A DNA stretch of 64,000 nucleotides, from NCBI RefSeq assembly GCF_902652985.1, contig NC_047028.1:9548001-9612000 (forward strand). The letters run 5' to 3'. The notes under the pieces were generated by a model. That model was not told the origin of the DNA and searched no databases. It was given only the letters and a program-made list of their open reading frames with translations. Source of the DNA: Pecten maximus (lineage: Eukaryota). Numbering within the stretch: the stretch's first letter is position 1; each line of letters begins with the position of its first letter. Shown in pieces: positions 63,426-64,000 of the stretch. The position numbers were made by a program, and so were the translations under genes.

Positions 63426-64000
63426 GTGAGTATAATATATTAATGTATATTCTTTGAACACATCCTTGTAAGCGAACCACCTACCAAATAATGTACACAA
63501 CATTAAGCAGCGACTCCAGTTTTGACGGATACTGGTGTAATCAAAGTATATGTAGTACTGTAGATACTAGTGTTTCTTTCGTAAGTACATAACTGGCTCA
63601 TAAACTAAAGAATAAAGAACTGTAAGTTAAATTTAAATAAATGTTCCATTGTATTATTTAGCATAAATCATTTGGGCTAAATAAATGGGACTTGGACAAG
63701 GTGGTACTTGTTTCTTGACCTCCTTTGTACACAATGACGGATTTCAACTAGAGGAGTCTAGGGTCTTATTGTATTAGCTTTACTTCATGGCCAGTAGAGC
63801 TGATGTACATGTGACTATTCCAGCTGAGGTCGGAAGAGATAGTGACTGACTGAGTGTAAGACTATGTATATCTAGCTAGTAAGCCAGAGGTCCCCGGTTT
63901 GATCCCTATTGGATTTAAATTTAATTAATCATACCCTGTGTTACATTGAATGGATAATGCATTTTTTTGTTGTGGTTGTGCATTGAAGTTTATTTGCCAT

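Overview
AT-rich, intron- and repeat-rich animal genomic DNA, not prokaryotic. The SINE and TRIM types suggest a bivalve mollusc (inference). From left to right: (1) a Kolobok-type DNA transposon (DDE transposase fused to a YqaJ/lambda-exonuclease domain, spliced, running off the window start) inserted at a TTAA inside the RT gene of a DIRS-order tyrosine-recombinase retrotransposon that has PAT-like split direct repeats; (2) a two-exon TNF-superfamily ligand gene with STAT, CRE and NF-kB-like upstream motifs and minisatellites filling its intron and putative 3'UTR; (3) a Rap2 GTPase with an intronless CDS, a uORF-rich leader and a probable ~21 kb 3'UTR intron; (4) a complete selenoprotein T gene (in-frame UGA, GC-AG intron, SECIS in a separate 3'UTR exon) that the ORF track misses, head-to-head with TAF9 exon 1. 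Also present are V-type and composite Meta-type SINEs, tRNA-bearing solo-LTR-like elements, MITEs and about 12 minisatellites. Family names come from motif recognition and memory; no database searches were run.
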